Assembly: GCA_041740935.1 (NCBI GenBank)
Contig: JBGSLA010000019.1
Location: 1 to 48,836, forward strand
Reading direction: 5' to 3'
Length of the DNA stretch: 48,836 nt
Source of the DNA: Desulfobaccales bacterium
GTDB taxonomy: Bacteria; Desulfobacterota; Desulfobaccia; Desulfobaccales; 0-14-0-80-60-11
Position numbers and translations under genes: made by a program. Positions 1 through 9,514 of the stretch are shown here, piece by piece. Numbering within the stretch: the stretch's first letter is position 1; each line of letters starts with the position of its first letter. The notes below the pieces were generated by a model. It was given only the letters and a program-made list of their open reading frames with translations. It was not told the DNA's origin and made no database searches.

Positions 1-93
1 GCCGCCGGGACCAGGCCGGGGGCGCCGGGAGGTCCTGCGGGAACCGGTCAGGCGGACCCCGGGACGGCCCCGAAAAGCGGCGGTGGCAACGCC

Positions 94-169
94 GGGCGGG
101 TAGCTCAGTTGGGAGAGCATCGGCCTTACAAGCCGGGGGTCACAGGTTCGAGCCCTGTTCCGCCTACCA
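94..169 (+). tRNA. tRNA-Val (anticodon TAC)
   Basis: 76-nt cloverleaf read by eye. Acceptor GGGCGGG/TCCGCCT, D-arm GCTC..GAGC, anticodon loop CTTACAA, T-arm ACAGG-TTCGAGC-CCTGT, encoded CCA. Confidence 0.9.
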
Positions 170-178
170 ATAAAAACC

Positions 179-287
179 AGTCCAAAGTCCCAAGTCCAGG
201 GTCTAGCGGAAAAATTGCCGATGCCCTTGACCCAAAGCCTGGACATCTGATTTAGGACTTTGGACCTTGGACTTTGGACTTTGGACT
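179..287. repeat. Inverted blocks of GTCCAAAG-type octamer repeats between the two tRNAs
   Basis: 179-203 reads AGTCCAAAGTCCCAAGTCCAGGGTC. 255-287 reads GGACTTTGGACCTTGGACTTTGGACTTTGGACT, the reverse-complement unit. The same unit recurs at 23721-23752 and 30041-30070. Confidence 0.8.
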
Positions 288-296
288 AAAATAACC

Positions 297-373
<77 letters not shown>

Positions 374-529
374 GGCATGATACGGGGTGAGGTGGAGCGC
401 CGAACCCCTGGGAAGGAAGGAAAAGGGCCTGCGGGCCCTTTTGGCTTTTGGGGGAAACCTGGCCAAGGCCGGGGCGCGGGGCGGGGGCAGCGGCCGGCCC
501 GGCCGGAGTCAACCCCGGGGGTTTTTCTG

Positions 530-1095
530 TTATGAAAGGTTTGCTTGGTGCAGGGGCAGGCGCCCTCGCCTGCCCGGTTTGGACAGCCGGGGGCGGCTGT
601 CCTCTACACCATAATGGCTTTTCCTGCATTTACGGGTGCGCCGCAGGTCCATGAGGAGCTGTCTTGAAAAGTTCCTCAGGCTGCCATATGTTGGCAGGGC
701 GGCCGTCCCCGGCCGCCCATGGTGCTGACGGGCACTTAAGGCCCGCCCCACCGGATTTTTCCTGTTTTCGGGGGAGCCGCAGGCTCCGGAGCGACTGCTT
801 TAAAAAGTTCAATCGCCTCTATTTCCCCCGACCATACCTGGATCGGTAGGACGGGCTTCCAGCCCGTCCAGGCACAGGTTGAAAACCTGTGCTACCGGAT
901 TTTTTTCGGTTTGAGAGGGCCGGAGGCTCAGGAATGACGGCCTTGAAAAGATCTCTTGAGGTGCAGAGGCGGGCGAGGACGCCAGCGCCACACTTCCCAG
1001 GGTTTCACGGCAACAGTTTGGTCTAAAGAAGGGGAGCCCACGGGCTGGAAGCCCGTGCTACCGGGGCCGCGGGCCCGAGGCCGGCTGGAGGGCCT
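530..1095 (+). repeat. Mosaic array of GC-rich hairpin modules (copy A of a dispersed repeat family)
   Basis: Sub-element 547-672 is also present at 30097-30221 and 45617-45742. Sub-element 673-809 is also present at 45743-45878. GGGCTGGAAGCCCGTGCTACCGGGG at 1036-1065 recurs at 30241-30270. Modules are punctuated by CTGTCyTGAAAAGTT-like linkers. Confidence 0.85.
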
Positions 1096-1099
1096 CAGC

Positions 1100-1516
1100 T
1101 CACCAGGAGCGCTGGGGGAAAATGGTTTGGGTGGGGGGGGAGGCCGGCGGCGCGATGCTGTCACCCCAGGAGCGGTCCACGGCCCGGAGGTAGTCCCTTT
1201 TGCCTTTGCCCACCAGGCGGTTGTTCTGAAAGACCAGGGGGGTATAGCCGCCCCGCACCGTGCCGCTTTCGTCGTAGTCCATGTTGTGGGTGCGGTAGAA
1301 ATATAACACGAAATGTCCCCCCCGAAAATCCCCCTCCTCCAGGACCTGGGGCGGGCCCATGACCCCCTCCACGTCCTGCCGGCTCATGCCCAGCCTCACT
1401 TCCTGGAGACGGAAAAAGGTGGCAAAGATCTGTTTTTGGGGCCATTGGGTGAGGACCTTCTGGGCACAACCGAAGGCCAACCCGACAACAAGGAGCGCCA
1501 GCAAGAGTCTGGACAT
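1100..1516 (-). CDS. BamE/SmpA-OmlA-like lipoprotein
   Basis: ORF-track frame 1100..1534. The internal Met at 1516 gives MSRLLLALLVVGLAFGC, a signal peptide with a lipobox. GMSRQDVEGVMGPP resembles the SmpA/OmlA motif. Confidence 0.7.
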   Translation of the reverse strand: MSRLLLALLVVGLAFGCAQKVLTQWPQKQIFATFFRLQEVRLGMSRQDVEGVMGPPQVLEEGDFRGGHFVLYFYRTHNMDYDESGTVRGGYTPLVFQNNRLVGKGKRDYLRAVDRSWGDSIAPPASPPTQTIFPQRSW

Positions 1517-1839
1517 GCAGTTCTCCCGAATCAATCCTGACAGACACTATACCGGCAGGCCCCAAGAAGGTCAAGAGCAACGACCTGCCCCCGGCCCCCG
1601 GCCCCCCCCCACGAAGAACTTTTCCGCGCCGGACCGGTAAAAAGTTGAGCTCTTCTCGACAATAAGGAAAATTTCGGATAGATTAATACATTACGGTTAA
1701 CAGCCTGGGGGCGGGGGAAATACGGACATCAGGACCGGGTTATCAAGCGAGCCGCACCACACCCTTTTCCCCACCGACATTTTTTCAGGCTGCGGGACTC
1801 GGCCCAAAACTCCAACATGAGCGGTAGGAAAGTCAGCCC

Positions 1840-3294
1840 ATGAAACGCACCCTTTTTCTCAATCCCCCGTCCTTTCAGGATTTCGACGGCGGGGCCGGCT
1901 CCCGCTATCAGGCCACCCGGGAGGTGGTGTCCTTCTGGTATCCCACCTGGCTGTGCTACCCGGCGGGCCTGATTCCCGACAGCCGGGTGGTGGACGCCCC
2001 CCCCGAGAATCTGACGGTGGAGCAGGTGGCGCCCCTGGCCCGGGACTTCGACCTGGCGGTGATTTTCACCTCCAACGCCTCCTTTCACTCCGACCTGGCC
2101 ACCATCACCCGCCTGAAAGAAGAGAATCCCCGGCTGGTGGCCGGTCTGGTGGGTCCCCAGGTGACCATTTTGCCGGAAGAATCGCTGGCCGCCGGCCCCC
2201 AGATGGATTTTGTGGCCCGCCGGGAGTTTGACTACACCATCCTGGAGGTGGCCCAGGGCCGCGCCTTTGCCGACATCCTGGGATTGAGTTTCCGCCAGAA
2301 CGGCCGCATCCGGCACAACCAGGACCGGCCCCTGGTGGAAGACCTGGACGCGCTGCCCTTTGTCACTGACATTTACCACCGGGACCTGCGGATGGAGAAT
2401 TACAAAATTCCCTATCTGCTGTATCCCTATCTGTCCATTTACACCGGGCGGGGCTGCCCGCACCACTGCGTCTATTGCCTGTGGCCCCAGACCTTCACCG
2501 GGCGGCGCTACCGGGTGCGCAGCGTGGGCAACGTGGCGGCCGAGGTGCGCCGGGCCCTGGAGCTTTTCCCCCGGGCCGAGGAAATTTTCTTTGATGACGA
2601 CACCTTCACGGCCAACGGGGAGCGGGCCCGGGACATCGCCCGGGCGTTGGCGCCCCTCAAGTGCACCTGGTCGGCCACCGGCCGGGTGAACACCAGCTAC
2701 GAGACCCTCAAGGCCATGAAGGCGGGGGGTCTGCGCCTGCTGGTGGTGGGCTTTGAGTCGGGGGACCCCCAGGTGTTGGCCAACATCAAAAAGGGCAGCA
2801 CCCTGGAGATGGGCCGCAGATTCATGCGCTGGTGCAAGGAGTTGGGCATCATGGTGCACGGCACCTTCATGGTGGGCCTGCCCGGGGAGAGCCGGGCCTC
2901 CATCGAGGCCTCCATCCGCTTTGCCTGCGAACTCAACCCGGACACCATCCAGGTGTCCCTGGCTTCGCCTTATCCGGGCACGGAATTTTACGATTTTTGC
3001 CGGGAAAAGGGGTATCTGGCGGACCAGAATCTGGTGCATGGGGCCACCGGGTACCAGCAATGCACGGTGGAATACCCGGGGCTGGCGGCCGGGGACATTT
3101 TCAAGGCGGTGTCCCGGTTTTACCGGCGCTTTTATTTCCGGCCCCAAACCCTGGCCCGCATTACCCGGCAGATGGTCAAAGACCCGGTGCAGCGCCGCCG
3201 CTATCTGCAAACCGGACAGGAATTTCTCAGCTTCCTGTTTCGCCGCCGCCAGGGCAAGGATGAGGCCGCCAACCTTGGTCCCGGGTGCTCATGA
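1840..3294 (+). CDS. hpnJ: B12-binding radical SAM protein, HpnJ-like (hopanoid-associated)
   Basis: 484 aa. The N-terminal block LFLNPPSFQDFDGGAGSRYQATREVVSFWYPTWL plus the CPHHCVYC (CxxxCxxC) motif match my recollection of the HpnJ family. A YdjC/HpnK-like gene lies two genes downstream. Confidence 0.7.
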   Translation: MKRTLFLNPPSFQDFDGGAGSRYQATREVVSFWYPTWLCYPAGLIPDSRVVDAPPENLTVEQVAPLARDFDLAVIFTSNASFHSDLATITRLKEENPRLVAGLVGPQVTILPEESLAAGPQMDFVARREFDYTILEVAQGRAFADILGLSFRQNGRIRHNQDRPLVEDLDALPFVTDIYHRDLRMENYKIPYLLYPYLSIYTGRGCPHHCVYCLWPQTFTGRRYRVRSVGNVAAEVRRALELFPRAEEIFFDDDTFTANGERARDIARALAPLKCTWSATGRVNTSYETLKAMKAGGLRLLVVGFESGDPQVLANIKKGSTLEMGRRFMRWCKELGIMVHGTFMVGLPGESRASIEASIRFACELNPDTIQVSLASPYPGTEFYDFCREKGYLADQNLVHGATGYQQCTVEYPGLAAGDIFKAVSRFYRRFYFRPQTLARITRQMVKDPVQRRRYLQTGQEFLSFLFRRRQGKDEAANLGPGCS

Positions 3295-4361
3295 CCTTTC
3301 AGGAAATGGTCAGACTGGCCGTGCAGGGCGGGCCCGGCTTCATCCAGGTGGCGGTCACCAACGCCTGCAACGCCCGGTGCCGCTTCTGCAGCTTTCCCCA
3401 GGTGCCCCCGGACCGGGTGCGTCTGGCCGACCCGGCCCGATTGGTCCGGGGTTTTGAGGCCCTGGCGCGGGCCGGCGTCACGTATATCGCCATAACCGGG
3501 GGGGAACCCCTGCTTTACCCCGACCTGTGCGCCTGCCTGGCCCGGGCCCGGAAGTTGGGGCTGGAGACCCTGGTGGTCACCAACGGCGCCCTCCTGACCC
3601 CGGCGCTCATCCGGACCCTGGGCCGGGCGGCCGTTCACACCCTGATTATTTCCATGGATGCGGCCACAGCCGAGGTTCACGACCGCCACCGGGGCCTGCC
3701 CGGCCTCACCTCGCATATCCGGGACATGCTCCCTCTGCTCCGGCAGGCCGGCATCAGGGCCGCGGCGTCGGTGACCATCAGCCGCCTGTGGGACGACCTG
3801 GACGCCCTGGCGGCCTTCATCGGGAGTCTGGGCTTCACCCGGCTCACCTTTTCCTACCCCCTGACCCGGCTGGACTCCTCTTACCTGGGGTGCGCCGAAA
3901 GCGCGCTGGTGAGTTTTTCTCCGGAAGAACTGGACCGGGTGTTTGCCCGCATCGTGGAGTTCAAGGAGCGCTCTCCCGTCATGATCCTCAATCCCCGGCT
4001 GTCCCTGGAAGAAGTGCGGCGGCAGCTTCAGGGGCGCCCCAGCCGCTTTCCCTGTCTGGCCGGGTTTAAATATTTTTTCGCCGACTGGGATTTGCAGGTG
4101 TATCGCTGCCATTTTTTGGGCGACATTCTGGGGACCCTGGAGGAGATCGACCGGCTCGCCCCCATCCGGGACGGCTGCACCGCGTGCAGCGTGGACTGCT
4201 ATCGGGACCCGAGTGTTTTGCAGTATGCGGCCGTGTCCCTGGCGGACACCCTGACCGCTTGGCGCCGGGGGGCCGTGGTCCAGGGGTTCAGGTCGCTCTT
4301 GAACCGCAACAATGTCCTGTCCCTGGCGGCGCTGCGGGAAGGCCTGCAGTGGGTGCACTGA
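3291..4361 (+). CDS. Radical SAM protein, family not recognised
   Basis: ATG 3291 overlaps the hpnJ stop (ATGA). N-terminal CNARCRFC (CxxxCxxC) motif. C-terminal Cys cluster CTACSVDC. Confidence 0.8.
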   Translation: MTFQEMVRLAVQGGPGFIQVAVTNACNARCRFCSFPQVPPDRVRLADPARLVRGFEALARAGVTYIAITGGEPLLYPDLCACLARARKLGLETLVVTNGALLTPALIRTLGRAAVHTLIISMDAATAEVHDRHRGLPGLTSHIRDMLPLLRQAGIRAAASVTISRLWDDLDALAAFIGSLGFTRLTFSYPLTRLDSSYLGCAESALVSFSPEELDRVFARIVEFKERSPVMILNPRLSLEEVRRQLQGRPSRFPCLAGFKYFFADWDLQVYRCHFLGDILGTLEEIDRLAPIRDGCTACSVDCYRDPSVLQYAAVSLADTLTAWRRGAVVQGFRSLLNRNNVLSLAALREGLQWVH

Positions 4362-5302
4362 ATCACGCGGTTCAGCGCCGGCCCAACCCGGAGCCCCCAA
4401 CCGGCCGGGCTCCCCGCCGGGTCACGTTCACCGCCGACGACTTCGGCCTCTCCCCCTCCCTGAACCGGGCGGTGGCCCTGGCCCATCGACACGGGCTGTT
4501 GGGCAATGCCAGCCTGATGCCGGGTGCGCCTGCGACAACCGAGGCCCTGGCCCTGGCAAAAAATTTCCCCGGCCTGTGCCTCGGGGTGCATCTGACCCTG
4601 ATTCAGGGAAGGGCCGTGCTGCCGCCCCGGGCCCTGCCCCGTTTGGTCGATTCTGAGGGCCGTTTCCCCCATGACCCGGTGCGCACCGGCTGGCGCTATT
4701 TTTTTGATGCGGGCCTCATCCCCGACCTCCGCCGGGAGCTTCGAGCCCAGATCGAGGCGGTGCTTACGGCCGGAGTCGAGGTGTGGCATATCAACGGCCA
4801 CCTCAACCTGCACCTGCACCCGCGCTTGGCGCCCTTGGTGGTGGACCTGGCCCGGGAATATGGCATTCCGGCCCTACGGTCGGCCGCGGAGGACTGGCGC
4901 GCCACCCTGGCCCTGGCCCCGGGCCGCCCCCTTCCCAAGGCGGCCCTGGGGTGCATTTTTGCGGTTCTGTCGCGACGGGCCCGGCGGCTGGCCGAGGCCG
5001 CCGGTCTGGTGCTGAATGACCACCTCTTCGGGCTCACCCACCCCGGCCGGGTTACGGAAAAATATATGTTGGGGCTGATTCCCCTTCTCAGGCCCGGGCT
5101 CACGGAAATTTACAGCCACCCGGCCCTGGGGGGCGATCCGGCGCTGGATCAGGCCGCGCCCGGCTACCTGCGCCAGGAGGAGTTTCAGGCGCTCACCAGC
5201 CCCAGGGTGCGGGAAGCTCTGCAGAGGGGGGGCATCGAGGTCACCACCTTCCGGGAGGCCGTTGGGAGTCGAAGCGGCGGCCCCGGACATTTTTCTCCTT
5301 GA
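4349..5302 (+). CDS. hpnK: YdjC-family deacetylase, HpnK-like
   Basis: VTFTADDFGLSPSLNRAVALAHRHGLL and HINGHLNLHLHP are typical of YdjC/ChbG-like proteins. The ORF-track start 4184 lies inside the upstream gene, so I place the start at GTG 4349; this start is uncertain. Confidence 0.65.
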   Translation: MGALNHAVQRRPNPEPPTGRAPRRVTFTADDFGLSPSLNRAVALAHRHGLLGNASLMPGAPATTEALALAKNFPGLCLGVHLTLIQGRAVLPPRALPRLVDSEGRFPHDPVRTGWRYFFDAGLIPDLRRELRAQIEAVLTAGVEVWHINGHLNLHLHPRLAPLVVDLAREYGIPALRSAAEDWRATLALAPGRPLPKAALGCIFAVLSRRARRLAEAAGLVLNDHLFGLTHPGRVTEKYMLGLIPLLRPGLTEIYSHPALGGDPALDQAAPGYLRQEEFQALTSPRVREALQRGGIEVTTFREAVGSRSGGPGHFSP

Positions 5303-5337
5303 CAACCCCGGCCGGATATTAAAAAATTATGAGACGA

Positions 5338-5412
<75 letters not shown>

Positions 5413-5440
5413 TTTTTGTCCCCACCCAGCTTCCCAGCCA

Positions 5441-5515
5441 GGCGGCATAGCCAAGTGGTAAGGCAACGGTCTGCAAAACCGTTATTCACCGGTTCGAATC
5501 CGGTTGCCGCCTCCA
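5441..5515 (+). tRNA. tRNA-Cys (anticodon GCA)
   Basis: 75-nt cloverleaf. Acceptor GGCGGCA/TGCCGCC, anticodon loop CTGCAAA, T-loop TTCGAAT, encoded CCA. Confidence 0.9.
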
Positions 5516-5592
5516 ATGATTTTAAGCACTTAGCTTCAGTTTCATGAATCCCTCCTTGAGGTCCACGCTATCCCAAAGCAGGAGTCTGGATT

Positions 5593-6570
5593 ATGGATCA
5601 AATTCATTATAAAGACCTGGGGCTGGTCAATACCCGGGAGATGTTTGAGAAGGCCATGGCGGGGCGCTATGCCGTGCCGGCTTACAATTTTAACAACCTG
5701 GAGCAGCTCGAGGCCATCATGATTGGCTGCATCCAGTCAAAATCTCCCGTTATTCTCCAGTGTTCCGGCAGCGCCCGCCAATACATGCACGAGGCCATGG
5801 TGCCCCATCTGGTCAAGGGGGCCGTGGAGATGATGAAGGACCTGGGGAACAGCATCCCCGTCGCCCTGCACCTGGATCACGGCGACACTTTCGAACTGGC
5901 CAGAGCCTGTATCAACTCGGGCTTCTCCTCGGTGATGATTGACGGCTCCCACCATGCTTTCGAGGCAAACATCCGTCTCACCCGCCAGGTGGTGGACTAC
6001 GCCCAGGAGCGGGACGTCACCGTAGAAGGTGAATTGGGGGTGCTGGCCGGGGTTGAGGACGAAGTCTCCGCGGCAGCCTCCCATTACACCCGGCCTCAAG
6101 AGGTGGAAGAATTTGTGAAACAGACGGGGGTGGACTCCCTGGCCATCTCCATCGGCACCTCCCACGGAGCCTTCAAGTTCAAGGTGAAGCCCGGCGAGGA
6201 GCCGCCGCCCCTGAGGTTTGACATCCTGGAAGAAATCGAGCGGCGCCTGCCAGGATTTCCCATTGTGCTGCACGGCGCTTCTTCGGTCATGCCCGAGTAC
6301 GTGGACCTGATCAACCGGTTTGGCGGCAGGATGGAGCAGGCAGTGGGCATCCCCGAAGAGCAGTTGAGAAGGGCGGCCCGCTCGGCGGTCTGTAAAATCA
6401 ACATCGACAGCGACGGCCGCCTGGCCATGACCGCCATGCTCCGGAAAATTTTTGCCGAAAACCCGGGGGAGTTCGACCCGCGCAAATACCTGGGGCCAGC
6501 CCGGGACGAGCTTGTCAAAATGGTCAGATACAAAAACGAGCAGGTCCTGATGAGCGCCGGGAAGGCCTGA
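5593..6570 (+). CDS. fba: Class II fructose-1,6-bisphosphate aldolase
   Basis: 325 aa. Blocks AVPAYNFNNLEQ, ALHLDHG and SIGTSHGAFKF are characteristic of class II aldolases. Confidence 0.9.
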   Translation: MDQIHYKDLGLVNTREMFEKAMAGRYAVPAYNFNNLEQLEAIMIGCIQSKSPVILQCSGSARQYMHEAMVPHLVKGAVEMMKDLGNSIPVALHLDHGDTFELARACINSGFSSVMIDGSHHAFEANIRLTRQVVDYAQERDVTVEGELGVLAGVEDEVSAAASHYTRPQEVEEFVKQTGVDSLAISIGTSHGAFKFKVKPGEEPPPLRFDILEEIERRLPGFPIVLHGASSVMPEYVDLINRFGGRMEQAVGIPEEQLRRAARSAVCKINIDSDGRLAMTAMLRKIFAENPGEFDPRKYLGPARDELVKMVRYKNEQVLMSAGKA

Positions 6571-6606
6571 GATCTTCCCGCAGATGGGCAGCATCAGGGG
6601 AGAACC

Positions 6607-9075
6607 ATGAAACAGCAGCAACAATCTCCGGCCAGAGAAGGCCTTCGCACCGGCGCCAGCCCGGAAACCCTGGCCCAGGCCCTACTGGAGAATCTTTATT
6701 ATGTCCAGGGACGGCCCCCCGAATTGGCCAACCTCAACGACTGGTACATGGCCCTGGCCTACACGGTGCGGGACCGGCTGCTGCAAAACTGGATGCAAAC
6801 CCTCAAGCTCATCCGCCAGGACGTCAAGGTGGTGAGCTGCCTCTCGGCGGAATTTCTGCCCGGGCCGCATTTGGGGAATAGCCTCATTAACCTGGGCCTC
6901 TGGGAGCAGGTCAGGGAAACGGTGGCGCTTCACGGTCTGAAGCTGGAAGAACTTCTGGCACAGGAGGCCGAGCCCGGGCTGGGGAACGGCGGCTTGGGAA
7001 GGCTGGCCGCCTGTTGCCTGGACTCCCTGGCCACCCTGGAAGTTCCGGCCATCGGCTACGGCATCCGTTACGAATTCGGCCTCTTCCGCCAGGAAATCCG
7101 GGATGGCTGGCAGGTAGAGGTCACGGACAAGTGGCTGGCACATGGGAATCCCTGGGAAATCTGCCGGCCGGAGATCGCTTATCAAGTAGGCTGGAAAGGC
7201 TTCACCGAAACCTACCTTGACGTCGCTGGCCATCAACGGAGGCGCTGGGCGCCAGGGAAGGTGGCAAGGGGCGTGGCCCACGACTATCCGGTTCCTGGCT
7301 ACCGGAACCGGGTCACCAATCTCCTGCGCCTGTGGAAGGCGGAAGCGGCGGAGTCCTTTGATTTTGCGGACTTCAAGGTGGGAGACTACTACAGCGCAGT
7401 CCAGGAAAAGGTGCTCTCGGAGAATATCACCAAGGTGCTCTACCCCCATGACGAGCCCGAGGTGGATAAGGTCCTCAGGTTGGGGCAGCAGCACTTTTTC
7501 GTTTCCTGCTCGCTGCAGGATATGATCCGGATTCATCTTCTGAGACAGAAAAGTCTGGACCGCTTCCCTGAGAGCTTCGCTATCCAGCTCAACGGCAGCC
7601 ATCCGGCCATCGCGGTGGCGGAACTGATGCGGCTGCTGGTGGACGAGCATCTCCTCCCCTGGGAGCAGTCCTGGGAGATAACCCGAAAAACCCTGGCCTA
7701 CACCAGCCACACCCTCCTTCCCGGGGCCCTGGAGACCTGGCCGCTGCCCCTCTTTGCGGAACACCTGCCCCGGCACCTGGAAATCATCTATGAAATCAAC
7801 CACCGCTTTTTGGATGAGGTGCGCCTCAAGCATCCTCGGGATGACGACCGCTTGCGTCGACTATCCCTGATCGACGAAGTCGGGGACAAATCCGTGCGCC
7901 TGGCCAATCTGGCCTGCGTCGGCAGTCATGCCGTCAACGGCGTGGCGGTCCCCCACAGCGAGCTTCTGCAGCAGACAGTGCTCAAGGATTTTCATGAGCT
8001 GTGGCCGGAGAAGTTTCTCCGGATCACCAACGGCGTGACTCCCCGGCGCTTTCTGGCTCTGAGCAACCCGGCCTTGAGCGGACTCATCACCCGGAAGATT
8101 GGTGAATCCTGGGTCAAGAATTTAGAGGAACTCAGGCGCCTGGAGGAATTTGCCGACGATATGGGGTTCCACCGGGACTGGCGCCAGGTGAAGCTCACCA
8201 ACAAGCAGGCTCTGGCCGCGGTCATCAAGGCGCGCACCGGGGTCGAGGTCGATCCCCAAAGTCTGTTCGACCTCCAGGTGAAGCGCCTGCACGAATACCA
8301 GCGGCAGCATCTGAACGTGTTGCACATCATCACCCTGTATAATCGCTTAAAAAGCCGCCCGGAGCTGGAGATCACGCCCCGCACCTTCATCTTCGGGGGC
8401 AAGGCGGCGCCCGGCTGCACTATGGCCAAGCGCATCATCAAGCTCATCAACTCGGTGGCTGAGGTGGTGAATCGCGACCCGGACGTCAACGGTCGCCTCA
8501 AGGTGGTTTTTTTTCCGGATTTCAGCGTGAAAAACGGCCACCTGGTTTACCCCGCGGCCGACCTCTCTGAGCAGGTCGCCACCGCCGGCAGGGAGGCCTG
8601 CGGCACCGGCAACCTGAAGTTCGCCATGAACGGCGCCCTCACCATCGGCACCCTGAACGGCACCAACCTGGAAATTCGGCAGGAGGTGGGGCCGGAAAAC
8701 TTCTTCCGGTTCGGACTCACGGCTGCGGAGGCGGCGGACCTGAGGACCCGGAATTACAACCCGATTGGCTACTATGAAAGAGACCGAGAATTGCAGGAAG
8801 TCATGGATCTCATCAGCTCCGGATATCTTTCCCGGGGCGACACCCAGCTCTTCCAACCTGTAGTGGCCTCGCTGCTTTACCGGGACGAATATCTGCTGTT
8901 AGCCGACTATCGGTCTTACGTGGACCGGCAGGATGAAGTCGGCCTCATCTTCCAGGATAAGAAACGCTGGACCCGCATGTCTATCCTCAATACAGCCCGG
9001 ATGGGCAAATTCTCCTCGGACCGGGCCATCCGGGAATATTGCGAGAAGGTCTGGAAAGTCAAATCGTCAGAATGA
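6607..9075 (+). CDS. glgP: Glycogen/alpha-glucan phosphorylase
   Basis: 822 aa. Contains EPGLGNGGLGRLAACCLDS and the PLP-lysine block GTGNLKFAMNGALTIGTLNG. Confidence 0.95.
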   Translation: MKQQQQSPAREGLRTGASPETLAQALLENLYYVQGRPPELANLNDWYMALAYTVRDRLLQNWMQTLKLIRQDVKVVSCLSAEFLPGPHLGNSLINLGLWEQVRETVALHGLKLEELLAQEAEPGLGNGGLGRLAACCLDSLATLEVPAIGYGIRYEFGLFRQEIRDGWQVEVTDKWLAHGNPWEICRPEIAYQVGWKGFTETYLDVAGHQRRRWAPGKVARGVAHDYPVPGYRNRVTNLLRLWKAEAAESFDFADFKVGDYYSAVQEKVLSENITKVLYPHDEPEVDKVLRLGQQHFFVSCSLQDMIRIHLLRQKSLDRFPESFAIQLNGSHPAIAVAELMRLLVDEHLLPWEQSWEITRKTLAYTSHTLLPGALETWPLPLFAEHLPRHLEIIYEINHRFLDEVRLKHPRDDDRLRRLSLIDEVGDKSVRLANLACVGSHAVNGVAVPHSELLQQTVLKDFHELWPEKFLRITNGVTPRRFLALSNPALSGLITRKIGESWVKNLEELRRLEEFADDMGFHRDWRQVKLTNKQALAAVIKARTGVEVDPQSLFDLQVKRLHEYQRQHLNVLHIITLYNRLKSRPELEITPRTFIFGGKAAPGCTMAKRIIKLINSVAEVVNRDPDVNGRLKVVFFPDFSVKNGHLVYPAADLSEQVATAGREACGTGNLKFAMNGALTIGTLNGTNLEIRQEVGPENFFRFGLTAAEAADLRTRNYNPIGYYERDRELQEVMDLISSGYLSRGDTQLFQPVVASLLYRDEYLLLADYRSYVDRQDEVGLIFQDKKRWTRMSILNTARMGKFSSDRAIREYCEKVWKVKSSE

Positions 9076-9194
9076 AGAACTTTCCCCGGTTATTGCAGCC
9101 CCTGCTTTTCGGGGTGGCGGTGCGTCGGCCTCCGGACAATTTTCCCCGTTTTTCGGAGTAATGCCCAGTCGTCATCAAAGTGCATCAATTGCAG

Positions 9195-9407
9195 GGGCTC
9201 GATTGTAGGGACTCGATTCATCGAGCCCTGGAAGGGTGCCAAGATTTGCGCGCCTGCGAAAAATTCCTTTTTCTCATTGAACTGCAACCCACGAAACGCC
9301 CAACATATTGATTATTTTTGTTAATTTTTACCGAAACCATCATGGCCGCAATCGGCCACCCCCGGCAATGAAAATCTTTTGTAGGGGCGGGGTAACCCCG
9401 CCCCTAC
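9195..9407. repeat. REP-like GC-rich palindromic hairpins
   Basis: GGGCTCGAT...ATCGAGCCC at 9195-9228. Near-perfect 27-nt palindrome GTAGGGGCGGGGTAACCCCGCCCCTAC at 9381-9407, flanked by ACCGAAA(A)CCAT repeats. Confidence 0.75.
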
Positions 9408-9514
9408 GGGTGGATTTTCACGGTAAAACCGAAAACCATATGAGCCGCTGCCACCGCCGGTGCAAGGAGAGAGCAGTACCCTGATCCATGGGACTGGGGC
9501 CGACTTGTTGTGCG

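Noticed and set aside
530-1095. A CRISPR-like reading of the repeat arrays, with the recurring CTGTCCTGAAAAGTT linker separating variable segments.
   Set aside because: The spacing is irregular, from about 37 to 135 nt. The supposed spacers are themselves repeated at other loci and are palindromic. The linkers are degenerate. No cas genes or leader sequence are present.
530-1095. The repeat modules as integron attC sites or gene cassettes.
   Set aside because: I found no GTTRRRY/RYYYAAC core pairs at module ends, no intI gene, and no promoterless cassette ORFs between modules.
1729-3210. Very long antisense ORFs opposite real genes. Examples are 1729..3210(-), 11584..13443(+), 18293..19753(+), 33573..34697(+), 35235..36812(+), 42259..44181(-) and 44866..45576(-).
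   Set aside because: Their translations are low-complexity and rich in G, P, R, H and Q. They lack motifs or RBSs. Each lies opposite an ORF with clear family signatures. This is typical of shadow ORFs in high-GC DNA.
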